Assembly: GCA_965279035.1 (NCBI GenBank)
Contig: OZ257142.1
Coordinates: 2,057,302 to 2,121,301 of the forward strand
Length of the DNA stretch: 64,000 nucleotides
Reading direction: 5' to 3'
Source of the DNA: Bacteroidia bacterium
GTDB lineage: Bacteria; Bacteroidota; Bacteroidia; M30B66
Shown here: piece after piece, positions 31,863-42,900 of the stretch
Layout of the letters: the number at the start of each line of letters is the position of its first letter
Position numbering within the stretch: the first letter of the stretch is position 1
The notes under the pieces: generated by a model
What the model was told of the DNA's origin: nothing
The model's input: only the letters and a program-made list of their open reading frames with translations
Databases searched by the model: none
Made by a program: the position numbers and the translations under genes

Positions 31863-33089
31863 TTAGATCAATTGTTGAAGTGCAATTCGATAAGCTTCTC
31901 TTGAAAAATGGATACGATTTGGGCAATGTGGTGCCACTTTCTCCATGGCTTTGCGAATGATTTCTGAAGCATCTTCAAAAATTGCAGCATCACTTATTTC
32001 AGCATTATTATTCATCAAATAGGCGAAAACACGTGCCATTCCACAGTTTGAAATAAAATCGGGCACAACGGCAATCTGTTCATCAGCATATTCCATCGTT
32101 GGTCCGAAAAATATTTCAGGATCAGCAAAAGGAACATTGGCACCACTTGCAATCACTTCCATTCCGGCTGCTTTCATTCTTACAACTTGCTCGCGACTAA
32201 CTAATCGGGAGGCAGCTGCTGGAATAAATACTTCTGCATTCAAATCCCAGATTCGTGCATTAACTTCTTCAAATGAGAGGATATTTGAATTTTGAAGTGT
32301 ATTTCCTTTTTTCTCTTCAAATAATCGTGTAATTTCTTCAAATGAAAATCCTTCTTGATTTATCAATCCTCCTGATCGATCAATAATGCCCACAATCATT
32401 GCATCATTCTTTGATAAATAATAAGCTGCAGCGGAAGCAACGTTACCCCATCCTTGAATTATAACTCGCTTTCCTTTCAAGCTGTCATTATATATGTTGT
32501 AAAAATGACGCACAGATTCAGAAACTCCAAAACCCGTTATCATATCAGCTACAACTAATTTCAACTTCGGATCAGGCGTGTAATTTAAATTTTCTAATAC
32601 TTTAGAAACTCCTGAACGTAATTGTCCAACGCGGCGAATTTTTTCACCTTCAGTTCCACCAAAATGGCCATTCACAACGCCTTCTTGTGGATGCCACAAT
32701 CCATATTTTTCGGTTATAGGAATTACTTCATGGATTTCATCAATGTTCAAATCTCCTCCAGTGCCATAATAATTTTTCAACAAGGGCATCACAGCTTTAT
32801 ACCATCGTTCGAGGACTTCTTTTTTACGAGAATCTGACGGATCGAAGTTAATTCCCGACTTCGCACCACCGATTGCAGGACCGGAAACGGTGAATTTTAT
32901 CTCCATTGTTTTAGCCAAAGACTCAACTTCTCGTCTATCTAACCCTTTTCTCATTCGAGTTCCACCACCAGCAGCATTTCCCCTTAATGAATTAATTACT
33001 ATCCATCCTTCTGCCTCTGTTTCAGTGTCTTTCCATTCAAAAACTATTTGTGGTCGGCGTTCTTCGTATTGTCTAAGTAGGTCTTTCAT
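31863..33089 (-). CDS. Glu/Leu/Phe/Val-family dehydrogenase (probable NAD(P)-glutamate dehydrogenase)
   Basis: GGGTRMRKG...GGAKSGINFDP and the Rossmann motif GWGNVASAAAYY. Confidence 0.8.
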   Translation of the reverse strand: MKDLLRQYEERRPQIVFEWKDTETEAEGWIVINSLRGNAAGGGTRMRKGLDRREVESLAKTMEIKFTVSGPAIGGAKSGINFDPSDSRKKEVLERWYKAVMPLLKNYYGTGGDLNIDEIHEVIPITEKYGLWHPQEGVVNGHFGGTEGEKIRRVGQLRSGVSKVLENLNYTPDPKLKLVVADMITGFGVSESVRHFYNIYNDSLKGKRVIIQGWGNVASAAAYYLSKNDAMIVGIIDRSGGLINQEGFSFEEITRLFEEKKGNTLQNSNILSFEEVNARIWDLNAEVFIPAAASRLVSREQVVRMKAAGMEVIASGANVPFADPEIFFGPTMEYADEQIAVVPDFISNCGMARVFAYLMNNNAEISDAAIFEDASEIIRKAMEKVAPHCPNRIHFSREAYRIALQQLI

Positions 33090-33216
33090 GTTGATTTTAG
33101 ATCAATTTTGGTCGCTGCAAAAGTAGGATTTGAAAAGGAAAATGAAGGATACATTTGGAATCTAAGTTTTTCTGTATTTTAGGCACGTAAAACCAAACCA
33201 AAACACTGAACACCTA

Positions 33217-33522
33217 ATGGGAACCAAGTCTGATAAACCGTTGAAGAAACGCGACGATCTCAGCAACGAGTTTCAGCGCGCTACTCGTCTGAAACCATTG
33301 AATCCGAAAGAAAACAAAAATTGGCGAGCTAAGTATGATGAAGACTTAGACGACGATGATGATGATCTTGAAGAAGAGGACGACTTTGATGAAGTTGAGC
33401 CTGACGCGGATGAAAAAGAAGTAGAAGATGATGATTTTGATCTGGATGAAGATTTATCTGACCCAGATTTTGATGATGACGATGACGAAGAAGAGGAATT
33501 CTTCGACGACTCTGATTTTTGA
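33217..33522 (+). CDS. Small protein with a basic N-terminus and an extremely acidic (about 60 aa D/E-rich) C-terminal tail
   Basis: 101-aa ORF with a good ATG. Low-complexity DDDDDDLEEEDDFDE...DDDDDEEEEFFDDSDF. The antisense His-rich ORF is an artefact of this tract. Confidence 0.45.
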   Translation: MGTKSDKPLKKRDDLSNEFQRATRLKPLNPKENKNWRAKYDEDLDDDDDDLEEEDDFDEVEPDADEKEVEDDDFDLDEDLSDPDFDDDDDEEEEFFDDSDF

Positions 33523-33524
33523 TT

Positions 33525-34595
33525 TTAACCTTTGTAAACAGCACCTGATGATATTGGACGTAATGCTCCAGTAACAGAAGGAAGTGTGTTGGGTATTTCG
33601 AGTAATCTTAAGTATCCTAACAAAGCAAAAATCAAGGATTCTTTATTGTCAATTAAATCATTTTCAGGAAGCTCCACAGTACTAATACTGTGGAGCTTTA
33701 TTAGATTGATCAACCAGGTATTTCTAGCGCCACCTCCTGTAATGAGCGTCTTTCCTGGCATGTTCAATATCATTGAAATTTGATTTGCAAAGTGAGTTCC
33801 GAAGGTTGCTAATAAATCAGGAACATTATTTTTTTCGGAGTACTTAATCAATAATGGGGAAATTGTTTCATCAACCCATTCTGTCCCTAAACTTTTAGGT
33901 GATTGCATTTTGTAGTAATTCAGATTTTCGAGCTCATCCAATAATTCAGGAATAATATTTCCTGTCGAGGCTACTTTTCCCTGATCATCATATTCTGCTC
34001 CCAGTCTTCGTGCTAGTGCATTTAAAACAACATTCAATGCACAAATATCGAATGCCTTTCGAATGCCATTTTCTTTAAATGAAACATTCGCAAATCCCCC
34101 AAGATTCAGACAGAAATCATATTCACTAAATAATAATTCATCTCCGATTGGAACCAAAGGAGCACCTTGTCCATGAATACTTATATCTGATTGCCGAAAA
34201 TCACAAACAGTAGTCAACGATGTTAGTGCTGCGATTGTAGCGCCAGAGCCAATTTGTAATGTGTAACCTTGTTCAGGGCGATGGAAAACGGTATGCCCAT
34301 GCGAGGCAATAAAATCAGCGTTCCAATTTTTTCCTTCTTTAAAGGAATTAACTTGATTTGCAATCCAAATGGAAAAATCAATTTCAAGCTTTCGTAGTTC
34401 GGTTGATGAAAGTGAAGTTGAATGTAATAATCGATTTCTCCAATCACTTGAATAATGAATCGTGATTGAATCATGAATCTCATACTTTATCGAATTTCCT
34501 GTTTTATTGAAGGTTACAGCAATTAAATCAAGTCCATCAACGGATGTTCCCGACATAATTCCAATTCCAGTTTTAAACATTGATAATACTTCCAT
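33525..34595 (-). CDS. anmK: Anhydro-N-acetylmuramic acid kinase
   Basis: N-terminal GIMSGTSVDGLDL motif. 356 aa. The true start may be 5 codons in. Confidence 0.8.
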   Translation of the reverse strand: MEVLSMFKTGIGIMSGTSVDGLDLIAVTFNKTGNSIKYEIHDSITIHYSSDWRNRLLHSTSLSSTELRKLEIDFSIWIANQVNSFKEGKNWNADFIASHGHTVFHRPEQGYTLQIGSGATIAALTSLTTVCDFRQSDISIHGQGAPLVPIGDELLFSEYDFCLNLGGFANVSFKENGIRKAFDICALNVVLNALARRLGAEYDDQGKVASTGNIIPELLDELENLNYYKMQSPKSLGTEWVDETISPLLIKYSEKNNVPDLLATFGTHFANQISMILNMPGKTLITGGGARNTWLINLIKLHSISTVELPENDLIDNKESLIFALLGYLRLLEIPNTLPSVTGALRPISSGAVYKG

Positions 34596-34651
34596 GTTTA
34601 GGGTGGCTTAATGATGAATTCATACTATTTTTGGCAACCAAACATCAATCG

Positions 34652-35791
34652 ATGAACATACAATTATCCGAAGAACATCTGATGATCCAAAAAGCTGCGA
34701 GGGATTTTGCGCAGAATGAATTAAAACCAGGGGTTATCGAACGAGATGAAAAACAACAATTTCCTGCTGAACAAATAAAAATGCTTGGTGAACTTGGTTT
34801 CATGGGCATGATGGTAGATCCCAAATATGGAGGAAGTGGAATGGATACCATTTCATACGTATTGGTGATGGAAGAACTTTCGAAAATTGATGCATCAGTT
34901 TCTGTAGCAGTTTCAGTGAATAATTCCTTGGTTTGTTGGGGCCTTGAAACCTATGGATCGGAAGAGCAAAAAATGAAATACCTCGTTCCACTTGCAAAAG
35001 GTGAAAAACTAGGTGCATTTTGCTTATCAGAGCCTGAAGCTGGTTCAGATGCAACATCACAAAGAACAACAGCCGAAGATAAAGGAGATTATTATTTACT
35101 GAACGGTACAAAGAATTGGATTACCAACGGAAGTTCTGCTTCTACTTACATTGTTATTGCTCAAACCGATCCTGCTAAAGGTTCACGTGGAATCAATGCA
35201 TTTATTGTTGAGCGCGGAATGGAAGGATTTATCGTTGGAGCTAAAGAAAATAAATTAGGTATTCGTGGATCTGATACACATACCTTGCTTTTCAACGATG
35301 TGAAAGTTCCAAAGGAAAACAGAATTGGCGAAGATGGATTCGGATTTAAGTTCGCAATGAAAACCCTTTCAGGTGGACGCATTGGAATTGCAGCACAAGC
35401 GTTAGGAATTGCATCAGGTGCTTATGAACTAGCATTAGCGTATTCAAAACAACGTTCAGCATTTGGGAAAGTAATTTCTCAACACCAAGCAATTCAATTT
35501 AAATTGGCGGATATGGCTACCGAAATTGAAGCTGCTCGTTTACTTGTTTTTAAAGCAGCTTGGGAAAAAGATCAGCATCTCGATTATACAACTTCGGGTG
35601 CGATGGCTAAATTATATGCATCAAAAGTCGCCATGGAAACAACCGTAGAAGCTGTTCAAATTCACGGTGGATATGGCTTCGTTAAAGAATACCATGTAGA
35701 ACGTTTGATGCGTGATGCGAAAATCACTCAGATTTATGAAGGAACTTCCGAAGTGCAAAAAATCGTTATTGCAAGATCTGTTTTAAGTTAA
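34652..35791 (+). CDS. Acyl-CoA dehydrogenase
   Basis: Short-chain-type ACAD pattern (GGYGF, final YEGTSEVQ). The start is placed at the ATG for MNIQLSEEH, not at the upstream in-frame ORF start. Confidence 0.85.
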   Translation: MNIQLSEEHLMIQKAARDFAQNELKPGVIERDEKQQFPAEQIKMLGELGFMGMMVDPKYGGSGMDTISYVLVMEELSKIDASVSVAVSVNNSLVCWGLETYGSEEQKMKYLVPLAKGEKLGAFCLSEPEAGSDATSQRTTAEDKGDYYLLNGTKNWITNGSSASTYIVIAQTDPAKGSRGINAFIVERGMEGFIVGAKENKLGIRGSDTHTLLFNDVKVPKENRIGEDGFGFKFAMKTLSGGRIGIAAQALGIASGAYELALAYSKQRSAFGKVISQHQAIQFKLADMATEIEAARLLVFKAAWEKDQHLDYTTSGAMAKLYASKVAMETTVEAVQIHGGYGFVKEYHVERLMRDAKITQIYEGTSEVQKIVIARSVLS

Positions 35792-35814
35792 TGTACAATC
35801 AAATTCATTCGTTA

Positions 35815-35839
35815 AGGGCTGGAATTCCAGCCCTTTTTT
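35815..35839 (+). terminator. Rho-independent terminator of the acyl-CoA dehydrogenase gene
   Basis: agggctgg-aatt-ccagccct followed by tttttt. Confidence 0.7.
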
Positions 35840-35840
35840 A

Positions 35841-37148
35841 TTAAAATAATGGCTGAAGAATTTCTAATTTGTTTGCTCTCGAACCTTTAATCAAAATACT
35901 GGCATTTCGAATTGGATTTTTTTCAAACCACGCAAATGCTTCATCTGTTGTTTTAAATATACGTTCTGCTCCTGAAATATTTGCATTTAAATAGGATTCC
36001 CCAATAAGAAATACCTGATCAAAACCACTTTGAACTGCTAGTTTTCCTATTCTCTCATGTTCATAATCAGAACTGCTTCCTAATTCCATCATTTTCCCTA
36101 AAATAACCACTTTGTTTTTTTTATCCATTGATGAAAAATTTCGAATTGCAGCTTCAAGGCTAGTTGGATTCGCATTGTAAGCATCCATAATTAATGTATT
36201 GGATGCTGTTTTAATTATTTGTGAACGATTATTATCGGGCGAATAAGACTGTATTGCTTCATTTATCTGTTCTTCTTCAACCCCCATATATACTCCAATG
36301 GCTACTGAAGCTAAAATATTTTCATAATTGTATTTACCCATCAATTGGGTTTCAATAATACTTCTTTCAGAAAGTTCCGAATTCGCTTTTCCCCATTTGA
36401 ATCGTATCATGGGATTAGAATCGATAAATTCTCCTCTCACATCATCATCATTCGAATCTCCAAAACGGAATTGTTTTATACCACTTGACTTTTCTTTAAA
36501 TACAGAATGCATCGTATTGATAAAAACAAGTCCACCATTCAATCTCAACCAATCATACAATTCAGTTTTGGTTTTGATTACACCTTCTGGTCCTCCCATT
36601 CCTTCTAAATGGGCTAATCCAATATTGGTTATCAAACCCATTTGAGGTTCAGCAATTTCAACCAATTCACGAATGTCGCCAGGTTTACTTGCACCCATTT
36701 CAATAATGGCCACTTCCGTATCCGGTTTTAAACTTAACAATGTTAAAGGAACACCTATATGATTATTGAGATTTCCATGTGTTGCTTGAGTTTTATACTT
36801 CTTTGACAGAACATTTCTCACTAATTCCTTCGTCGTAGTCTTTCCATTACTTCCCGTTATTCCTATTACATGAACATTTAAATGTCTTCGATGATACGTT
36901 GCTAGGTTTTGTAAAGCAGTTAATGTATTCTCAACAAGTAAAAATTGTTCTCCGTTTTGATATGCAGGATCATCTATAACAGCAAAACTACATCCTCCTT
37001 CAATTGCTTGAGATGCAAAGGCGTTACCATTAAAACTTGGCCCACTTAAGGCAAAGAAAATACTTCCAGTTTCCAGTTTTCTAGTATCCGTACAAATGCT
37101 CGGATGCTTAAGGAATAGAGTATATAGTTGTTCAGTTGTGTATGTCAT
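35841..37148 (-). CDS. murF: UDP-N-acetylmuramoyl-tripeptide--D-alanyl-D-alanine ligase
   Basis: GITGSNGKTTTKE P-loop. Start placed at MTYTTEQLYT, an internal Met of the longer ORF. Confidence 0.8.
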   Translation of the reverse strand: MTYTTEQLYTLFLKHPSICTDTRKLETGSIFFALSGPSFNGNAFASQAIEGGCSFAVIDDPAYQNGEQFLLVENTLTALQNLATYHRRHLNVHVIGITGSNGKTTTKELVRNVLSKKYKTQATHGNLNNHIGVPLTLLSLKPDTEVAIIEMGASKPGDIRELVEIAEPQMGLITNIGLAHLEGMGGPEGVIKTKTELYDWLRLNGGLVFINTMHSVFKEKSSGIKQFRFGDSNDDDVRGEFIDSNPMIRFKWGKANSELSERSIIETQLMGKYNYENILASVAIGVYMGVEEEQINEAIQSYSPDNNRSQIIKTASNTLIMDAYNANPTSLEAAIRNFSSMDKKNKVVILGKMMELGSSSDYEHERIGKLAVQSGFDQVFLIGESYLNANISGAERIFKTTDEAFAWFEKNPIRNASILIKGSRANKLEILQPLF

Positions 37149-37186
37149 AAAAAAAGAAACCCCGTAAATGTAAAATTTACGGGGTT
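37149..37186 (-). terminator. Rho-independent terminator of gldJ
   Basis: aaccccgtaaa / tttacggggtt 11-bp stem, followed on the minus strand by a U-run. Confidence 0.65.
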
Positions 37187-37204
37187 GAAATCGATAATGA
37201 AATA

Positions 37205-38719
37205 TTATTTCTTCTTCCCTAATCCAATTGGACTTCCTACACGTGTCATTGCACAACGGAATCCAATATAATCAGTAGAAAGGCGCTCATCTAAGTAACG
37301 ACGTGTTCCAGAAGAAAGATAATAAGCACGATCTTTCCAAGAACCACCTTTGTATACTCGTGATCTATTATTAATCATCGAAGTCGCACCAAATTCATAC
37401 ATGATCTTATCATCTTCAGCATCTTCAGAAGCGTATGATGTACTTGATTCACGATCACCATCCAAATAATTGATGTTATCTGATTTGCGATAGTTTCTAC
37501 GATCTGCACTTTCTTCTTCCGTTACATTACGGAATTTAACACGACCTAAAGAATCTTTATCAGCAATCGTTTTATCCTCATTTCGAACAACCGTTTTGTA
37601 GACGTTACCACGGAATGAATTGAAATCAGAAACATCTTCAGGAGTTAGTGGACGATACACATCCATTACCCATTCTGAAACATTACCAGCCATATTATAA
37701 AGACCATAATCATTCGGCCAATATGAACTCACTTCGTTTGTAATTGATGCATTATCATTCAATTTACCAGCAGTACCCATGTTATCTCCTCGGCCTCTTT
37801 TGAAGTTGGCCATCATCTCACCTTTAAAACTATCATCAGCATTACGAACAATATGCCCATTCCAAGGATATAGACGACGCTCAGTAATTAATTCTTCAGT
37901 TGTATTTCCAATCAGTCCGATAGCTGCATATTCCCATTCTGCTTCTGTTGGGAGACGGTAACGAGGCAATAAAATACCATCTTCCATTTTTACTTTACGT
38001 GTTGCTCCTTCACCTTTGCTTGGATCTAAGTCAACAGGATCGTTTTTAACAAGTCCTTCATATTGTCCAGCTAAATAAGCATCAGTATTAAAGTTGTTAT
38101 CAGCAACTTGACCAACAGCATCCATTTTTAAGACACCTTCACGAATCAAAATCGATTCATTTACTCGGTCGGTTCTCCAAGCACAATAATCGTTTGCTTG
38201 TAGCCAATTTACCCCAACAACTGGATAGTTTTGATAAGATGGGTGACGTAAATAGTATTCAACATAAGGCTCATTGAATGCTAATTTATCACGCCAAACA
38301 AGTGTGTCAGGAGTTGCTTTTAAAGCCACATCTGGATAATCCACATCGTAGACACGCTTTAACCAATACAGGTAATCGCGGTAGAATTGATTCGTGATTT
38401 CTGTTTCATCCATATAAAAGGAAGAAACTGTTACTCGACGAGGCATGTTATCCCAATCATATTGGATTTCTTGCTCTGTTCGTCCCATGGTGAAAGTTCC
38501 ACCTTCAATTAAAACTAGGCCTGGACCTGTTTCTTGTTCACCATAATCAACTTTGAGATAACCTCCATTTTTAGGATTGTTATATTCCCAACCAGTTGCA
38601 CTGGATGTGTCTTTGGAACAAGACTGAAAAGTTAGTCCTACCAAAGCTAGGATTCCCAAAGAAATTGACTTGCTGGTTTTAAACACCATTGTCGTTGTAT
38701 TTGGATGTAAGGATTTCAT
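37205..38719 (-). CDS. gldJ: Gliding motility / T9SS lipoprotein GldJ (formylglycine-generating-enzyme-like fold)
   Basis: Lipoprotein signal (LTFQSC). FGE/SUMF1-type motifs GGTFTMG and YIGFRC. Conserved position next to murF and porU/porV. Confidence 0.7.
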   Translation of the reverse strand: MKSLHPNTTTMVFKTSKSISLGILALVGLTFQSCSKDTSSATGWEYNNPKNGGYLKVDYGEQETGPGLVLIEGGTFTMGRTEQEIQYDWDNMPRRVTVSSFYMDETEITNQFYRDYLYWLKRVYDVDYPDVALKATPDTLVWRDKLAFNEPYVEYYLRHPSYQNYPVVGVNWLQANDYCAWRTDRVNESILIREGVLKMDAVGQVADNNFNTDAYLAGQYEGLVKNDPVDLDPSKGEGATRKVKMEDGILLPRYRLPTEAEWEYAAIGLIGNTTEELITERRLYPWNGHIVRNADDSFKGEMMANFKRGRGDNMGTAGKLNDNASITNEVSSYWPNDYGLYNMAGNVSEWVMDVYRPLTPEDVSDFNSFRGNVYKTVVRNEDKTIADKDSLGRVKFRNVTEEESADRRNYRKSDNINYLDGDRESSTSYASEDAEDDKIMYEFGATSMINNRSRVYKGGSWKDRAYYLSSGTRRYLDERLSTDYIGFRCAMTRVGSPIGLGKKK

Positions 38720-38744
38720 GAAGAATGAAGCGGTACAAAGAAAA

Positions 38745-39713
38745 CTAAAAGGATGGACAATTTATTGTGCGATAACGTTTCTTTTTCGGTTTACAGTCTA
38801 TCTGCATTGAAAATGAAACTTCGTGTGCTCCCGCAGTAGCATTGGTTAATCGAGATACAGTTACGTCGTAACTATATCCAAATTTGAACAATCCTTGTTG
38901 TAAACCAACCAATACGATAAATGCATCTTTATTACGGTACCAAAGTCCAGCAATAAATGGAGATTTCTGGAAATACATTCCCAGATTTATTTGTCTAAAG
39001 TCTTGCTGTTGTTGAAATAATATGTTGGGTGAAATTTTAGCTGGATCGTTAAAACGAGTCTTACGAGCCAATGGAATAACTGCACCAGTATGTGCTGTAA
39101 TTTTCATTGGAAGGCGACTTGAAGGAACTAAAAAAGATTGATCTGGCTGAGTAATGTGATGCGCTGCAAAACCGATAAAGAATTTTTCACTATATCCAAT
39201 TACACCAGCGCTGAAATCAACAAAACTAACGGAATTAGGACCAAAAGTTTCTTGAGTTCCGTATATAAATCCGTAACGTGAATCAATCTGATCTCCAAAT
39301 GTTAATTTATTCCAATCCAATGTTCTTTGAGCATAAGTTGCTTGAAAGCCCGCTTTAATTGAGAAATTTCGAGTAACCTCTAAATGATAGGAATAAATCC
39401 CACTCACATTTAGAGTGTTTAAAGTACCTTCTCCAGCAACATCATTCGTTACTAAAAGCCCTAGACCTCCATTAATTCCATCAAAGTGCTGATCGTAAGA
39501 AGCACTATACGTGACAAAATTTCCTGGGATTGCAGGCCATTGGTTTCGATAATTCAATACAAATCGAGGACATCTTACCGATCCAGCAAAGGCAGGATTC
39601 AAGTATAATGGATTCGCATAGAATTGAGTAAACTGAGGGTCTTGAGCCCTAACCTCCTGCAATACAGCCGTGAGGAGCAATAACAATGGAAAAAACCTCT
39701 TCAACATCTTCAC
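38745..39713 (-). CDS. Type IX secretion system membrane protein, PorP/SprF family
   Basis: Signal peptide, then the hallmark N-terminus QDPQFTQFYANPLYLNPAFAGS. 322 aa beta-barrel-like. Confidence 0.7.
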   Translation of the reverse strand: MKMLKRFFPLLLLLTAVLQEVRAQDPQFTQFYANPLYLNPAFAGSVRCPRFVLNYRNQWPAIPGNFVTYSASYDQHFDGINGGLGLLVTNDVAGEGTLNTLNVSGIYSYHLEVTRNFSIKAGFQATYAQRTLDWNKLTFGDQIDSRYGFIYGTQETFGPNSVSFVDFSAGVIGYSEKFFIGFAAHHITQPDQSFLVPSSRLPMKITAHTGAVIPLARKTRFNDPAKISPNILFQQQQDFRQINLGMYFQKSPFIAGLWYRNKDAFIVLVGLQQGLFKFGYSYDVTVSRLTNATAGAHEVSFSMQIDCKPKKKRYRTINCPSF

Positions 39714-39997
39714 GAATTTAGGTCAATTTAACGCTTTGTCCAAATAGGTGTTACAGCGGTATTATTTAAAAAGTATTACAATAATGTAAGAAACACCTCG
39801 TTTCTTGCCACGTGAGCAAATGTATAAGAAAATTCAAGTTTAAAAAACGTGTATTTGAATCTAAACTATACATTTCAATGTTAATTTCTTAAAATCCACT
39901 CTTGTTTAATGTAATTGATTGTTCATCAACTTTGCAAAAATGCGTTTTGAACATGTCATTAAACTAAACTTTTTCCCTAATAGAAGTTCATTTCTCT

Positions 39998-42900
39998 ATG
40001 CAAAACCATTCAATTTCTTCTTTAAACGTAAAACTGAATTTCAGTATTGCCTTTTTTATTGTTTTAACTTCAGGACTAATAAAAGCTCAAAGTTTTATTC
40101 TTTCAAAAAGTATTAAATGGACAAATCCTACTGAAATTAAGATCTCACAGTATGATACCAAAAAGAATATTCATTTTGAAGGTGCACAATATGGAGGAGA
40201 TCAAAATGATTTACCTTATTTAAGTGAAGTCATTTCCATTGAGAAAAATAAAAGTGTTGATCAAGTTGAAATAGTAAATGCAACCTATATATCTCTGACT
40301 AGTCAAGAATTGGTTTTAATTCCTCAAGGCTTCATACTAAATTCTTCTCCTGAAATTGTCTTTTCTACTGTCTATGATAGAAAGCATCCACATTTAGAAT
40401 ATAGAATTTTGCCTTTTCGAAAATCGTCTAAAGGAATTGAAAAACTTATTTCTTTTGAACTAAATGTAACTCTCAAAGAGGGGAATTCAACATACTCAAG
40501 ACCGAAATCAACTACAACGACTTCAGTACTTTCATCTGGAAATTGGTATAAAATAGGTGTTACAAATTCTGGAGTTTTCAAAATCTCAAAACAACTCCTC
40601 AGTACAATGGGAGTAAATACCTCTTTTGATCCCCGAAACTTTCGATTATATGGGAATGGTGGATCTATTCTTCCTGAACGAAACAATGTATTTTATCCAG
40701 ATGATCTTGCTGAGAATGCAGTTTTTGTTCAAGGTGAACAAGATGGGATTTTTGATGATCAAGATTATGTGCTTTTTTATGCACGAGGCCCTGTAAGTTG
40801 GAATTATGACAATGTTAAAGGTGTGTATAGGCATACGAAGAATTTATATAGTGATACTGCTTGGTATTTTATTAATACAGATCAAGGATTAGGAAAAAGA
40901 ATTTTACCTCAAGCTCAATCATCGGCTTCATCTACTCAAATAATAACCGAATTTGATGATTATGGTTTTGTCGAAAATGATGAAGAGAATTTTTTAAAAT
41001 CTGGAAGACGTTGGTTTGGAAATAAAATGGAAACAAGCACCTCGTTTTCTTTCAATTTGAATTTTCCAAATTCTACTTCTGGACCGCATAAAATCATAAG
41101 CAACCTTGTTGCTCGCAATACATCAGCTACCAATTTTGGTATTACGATTAACGGACAAGGATTTAATCAATCAGTAAATGCTTTAACAGGTGTTGGTTAC
41201 TTAGACACCTTTGCTAAGGAAAACGAAAGTGTCTTTTTGGTTAACGGTTCTATGTCTACATTAAATATGACTGTTACACGGCAAAACTCAAGTAGTATTG
41301 CATGGATTGATTATTTGATTTTTAACATTCGAAAGTCACTTGCATTTAATGGAACTCAAGTTTCATTTAGAGCTCAAGATGCAACCGGACTTGGTAATAT
41401 TGCTGATTATAGGATAAGTGGAGCTTCATCTAATTTAAAGGTTTGGGAGTTGACTAATAAATATGATATTAAAGATCAGTCATATACTTTAAATGGTTCT
41501 ACAATTTCATTTATTCAATCAGCCGATTCTTTAAGAGAATATGTTGTTTTAAATCCTTCTGCTTCGTTTCCATCGCCTATCCCATTTGGAAGCGTGAACA
41601 ATCAAAATCTTCATGGAACAGCTCAAGTTGACATGATCATCATAGCACCAGCTCCATTTCTACCTGCAGCTGAAAATTTAGCCAATCACCATCGTGATCA
41701 TGATGGAATGACAGTCGTTGTTACTACTCCTAAACTTATTTATAATGAATTTTCTTCCGGAGCACAAGACATTGCTGCGATTCGGAATTTTGTAAAAATG
41801 TTTTACAACAGAGCAACATCAACTGCAGAATTACCAAAATACTTGTTGTTGATGGGAGATGGTTCTTATGATCCTCGAAATCGCCTTGCAAATAATCAAA
41901 ATTGGATTCCAACATACGAATCTTCAGAATCGTTGAACCCGATAGGTTCTTATTGTTCGGATGATTTTTTTGGATTTCTTGATCCAACCGAAGGAACGAA
42001 TATACAGTCTGTTGGAGCTGGTTTACTTGATATTGGTATAGGTCGTTTTCCAGTAAACAGTCTTGAAGAAGCAAATCAAATTTCAAATAAAGTAATTCAT
42101 TATGCTACTGATTTGGCTTGTATGAATGACTGGAGAAATATTGTTGCTTTTATTGCCGATGATGAAGATACAAACGATCATATTAATCAAGCAGAAAGTG
42201 TAAGTGCGTTGATTGAACAGAATTATCCTGTCTATAACATTGATAAATTTTATTTAGATGCTTATCAGCAAGAAAGTGGTGCAGGTGGACAACGATATCC
42301 TCAGGTGAATATCGACATTACAAACCGAGTAAACCGTGGTGCTCTGATGATGAATTATGCTGGACATGGAGGTGAGCAAAGTCTTGCATTAGAACGTGTT
42401 ATAACTATTCCAGAAATACAAGCTTGGAATGGGTTTAATAATATGCCATTATTTATGACGGCTACTTGTGAGTTTAGTCGTTTTGATAATCCCGAATTTA
42501 CTTCTGCAGGAGAATATGTAATTCTTAATCCTTCTGGTGGTGGAATTGCATTATTCACAACTGTTCGACTTACCTTCAGTTCGTCTAATGCAAATCTGAA
42601 TCGTAATATAATGGATACAGTTTTTGCAACTCAAAATGGACAACATTTAAGATTGGGGGATATTTTACGAATAGGTAAAAATGCGCCAACTACAGGGTCA
42701 TCTTTTAATAATCGAAGTTTTGCATTATTAGGAGATCCAGCTTTAATGCTTGCTTTTCCAGCATATCGTGTAACTACAAATTCAATTAATGGTAATGTAA
42801 GTTCGTTATCAGATACCCTTTCAGCTTTGGATTTGGTAACAATTACTGGTTCTGTTACAGATATTAATGGAAATGTTCAAACCAATTTCAATGGTGTGGT

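Noticed and set aside
31861-33113. 14-nt identical sequence (aattgatctaaaat on the minus strand) at both the start and stop boundaries of the gdh gene
   Set aside because: A 14-mer match is within chance expectation for an AT-rich 64-kb window. No further terminal homology or target-site duplication structure to suggest a mobile cassette.
33329-33544. 71-aa His-rich ORF antisense to the acidic-tail gene
   Set aside because: Mirror-image artefact of the GA-rich/GAT-rich tract. No start context.
39919-40116. 65-aa ORF overlapping the porU start
   Set aside because: Same strand but a different frame in the AT-rich leader/N-terminus of porU. No support.
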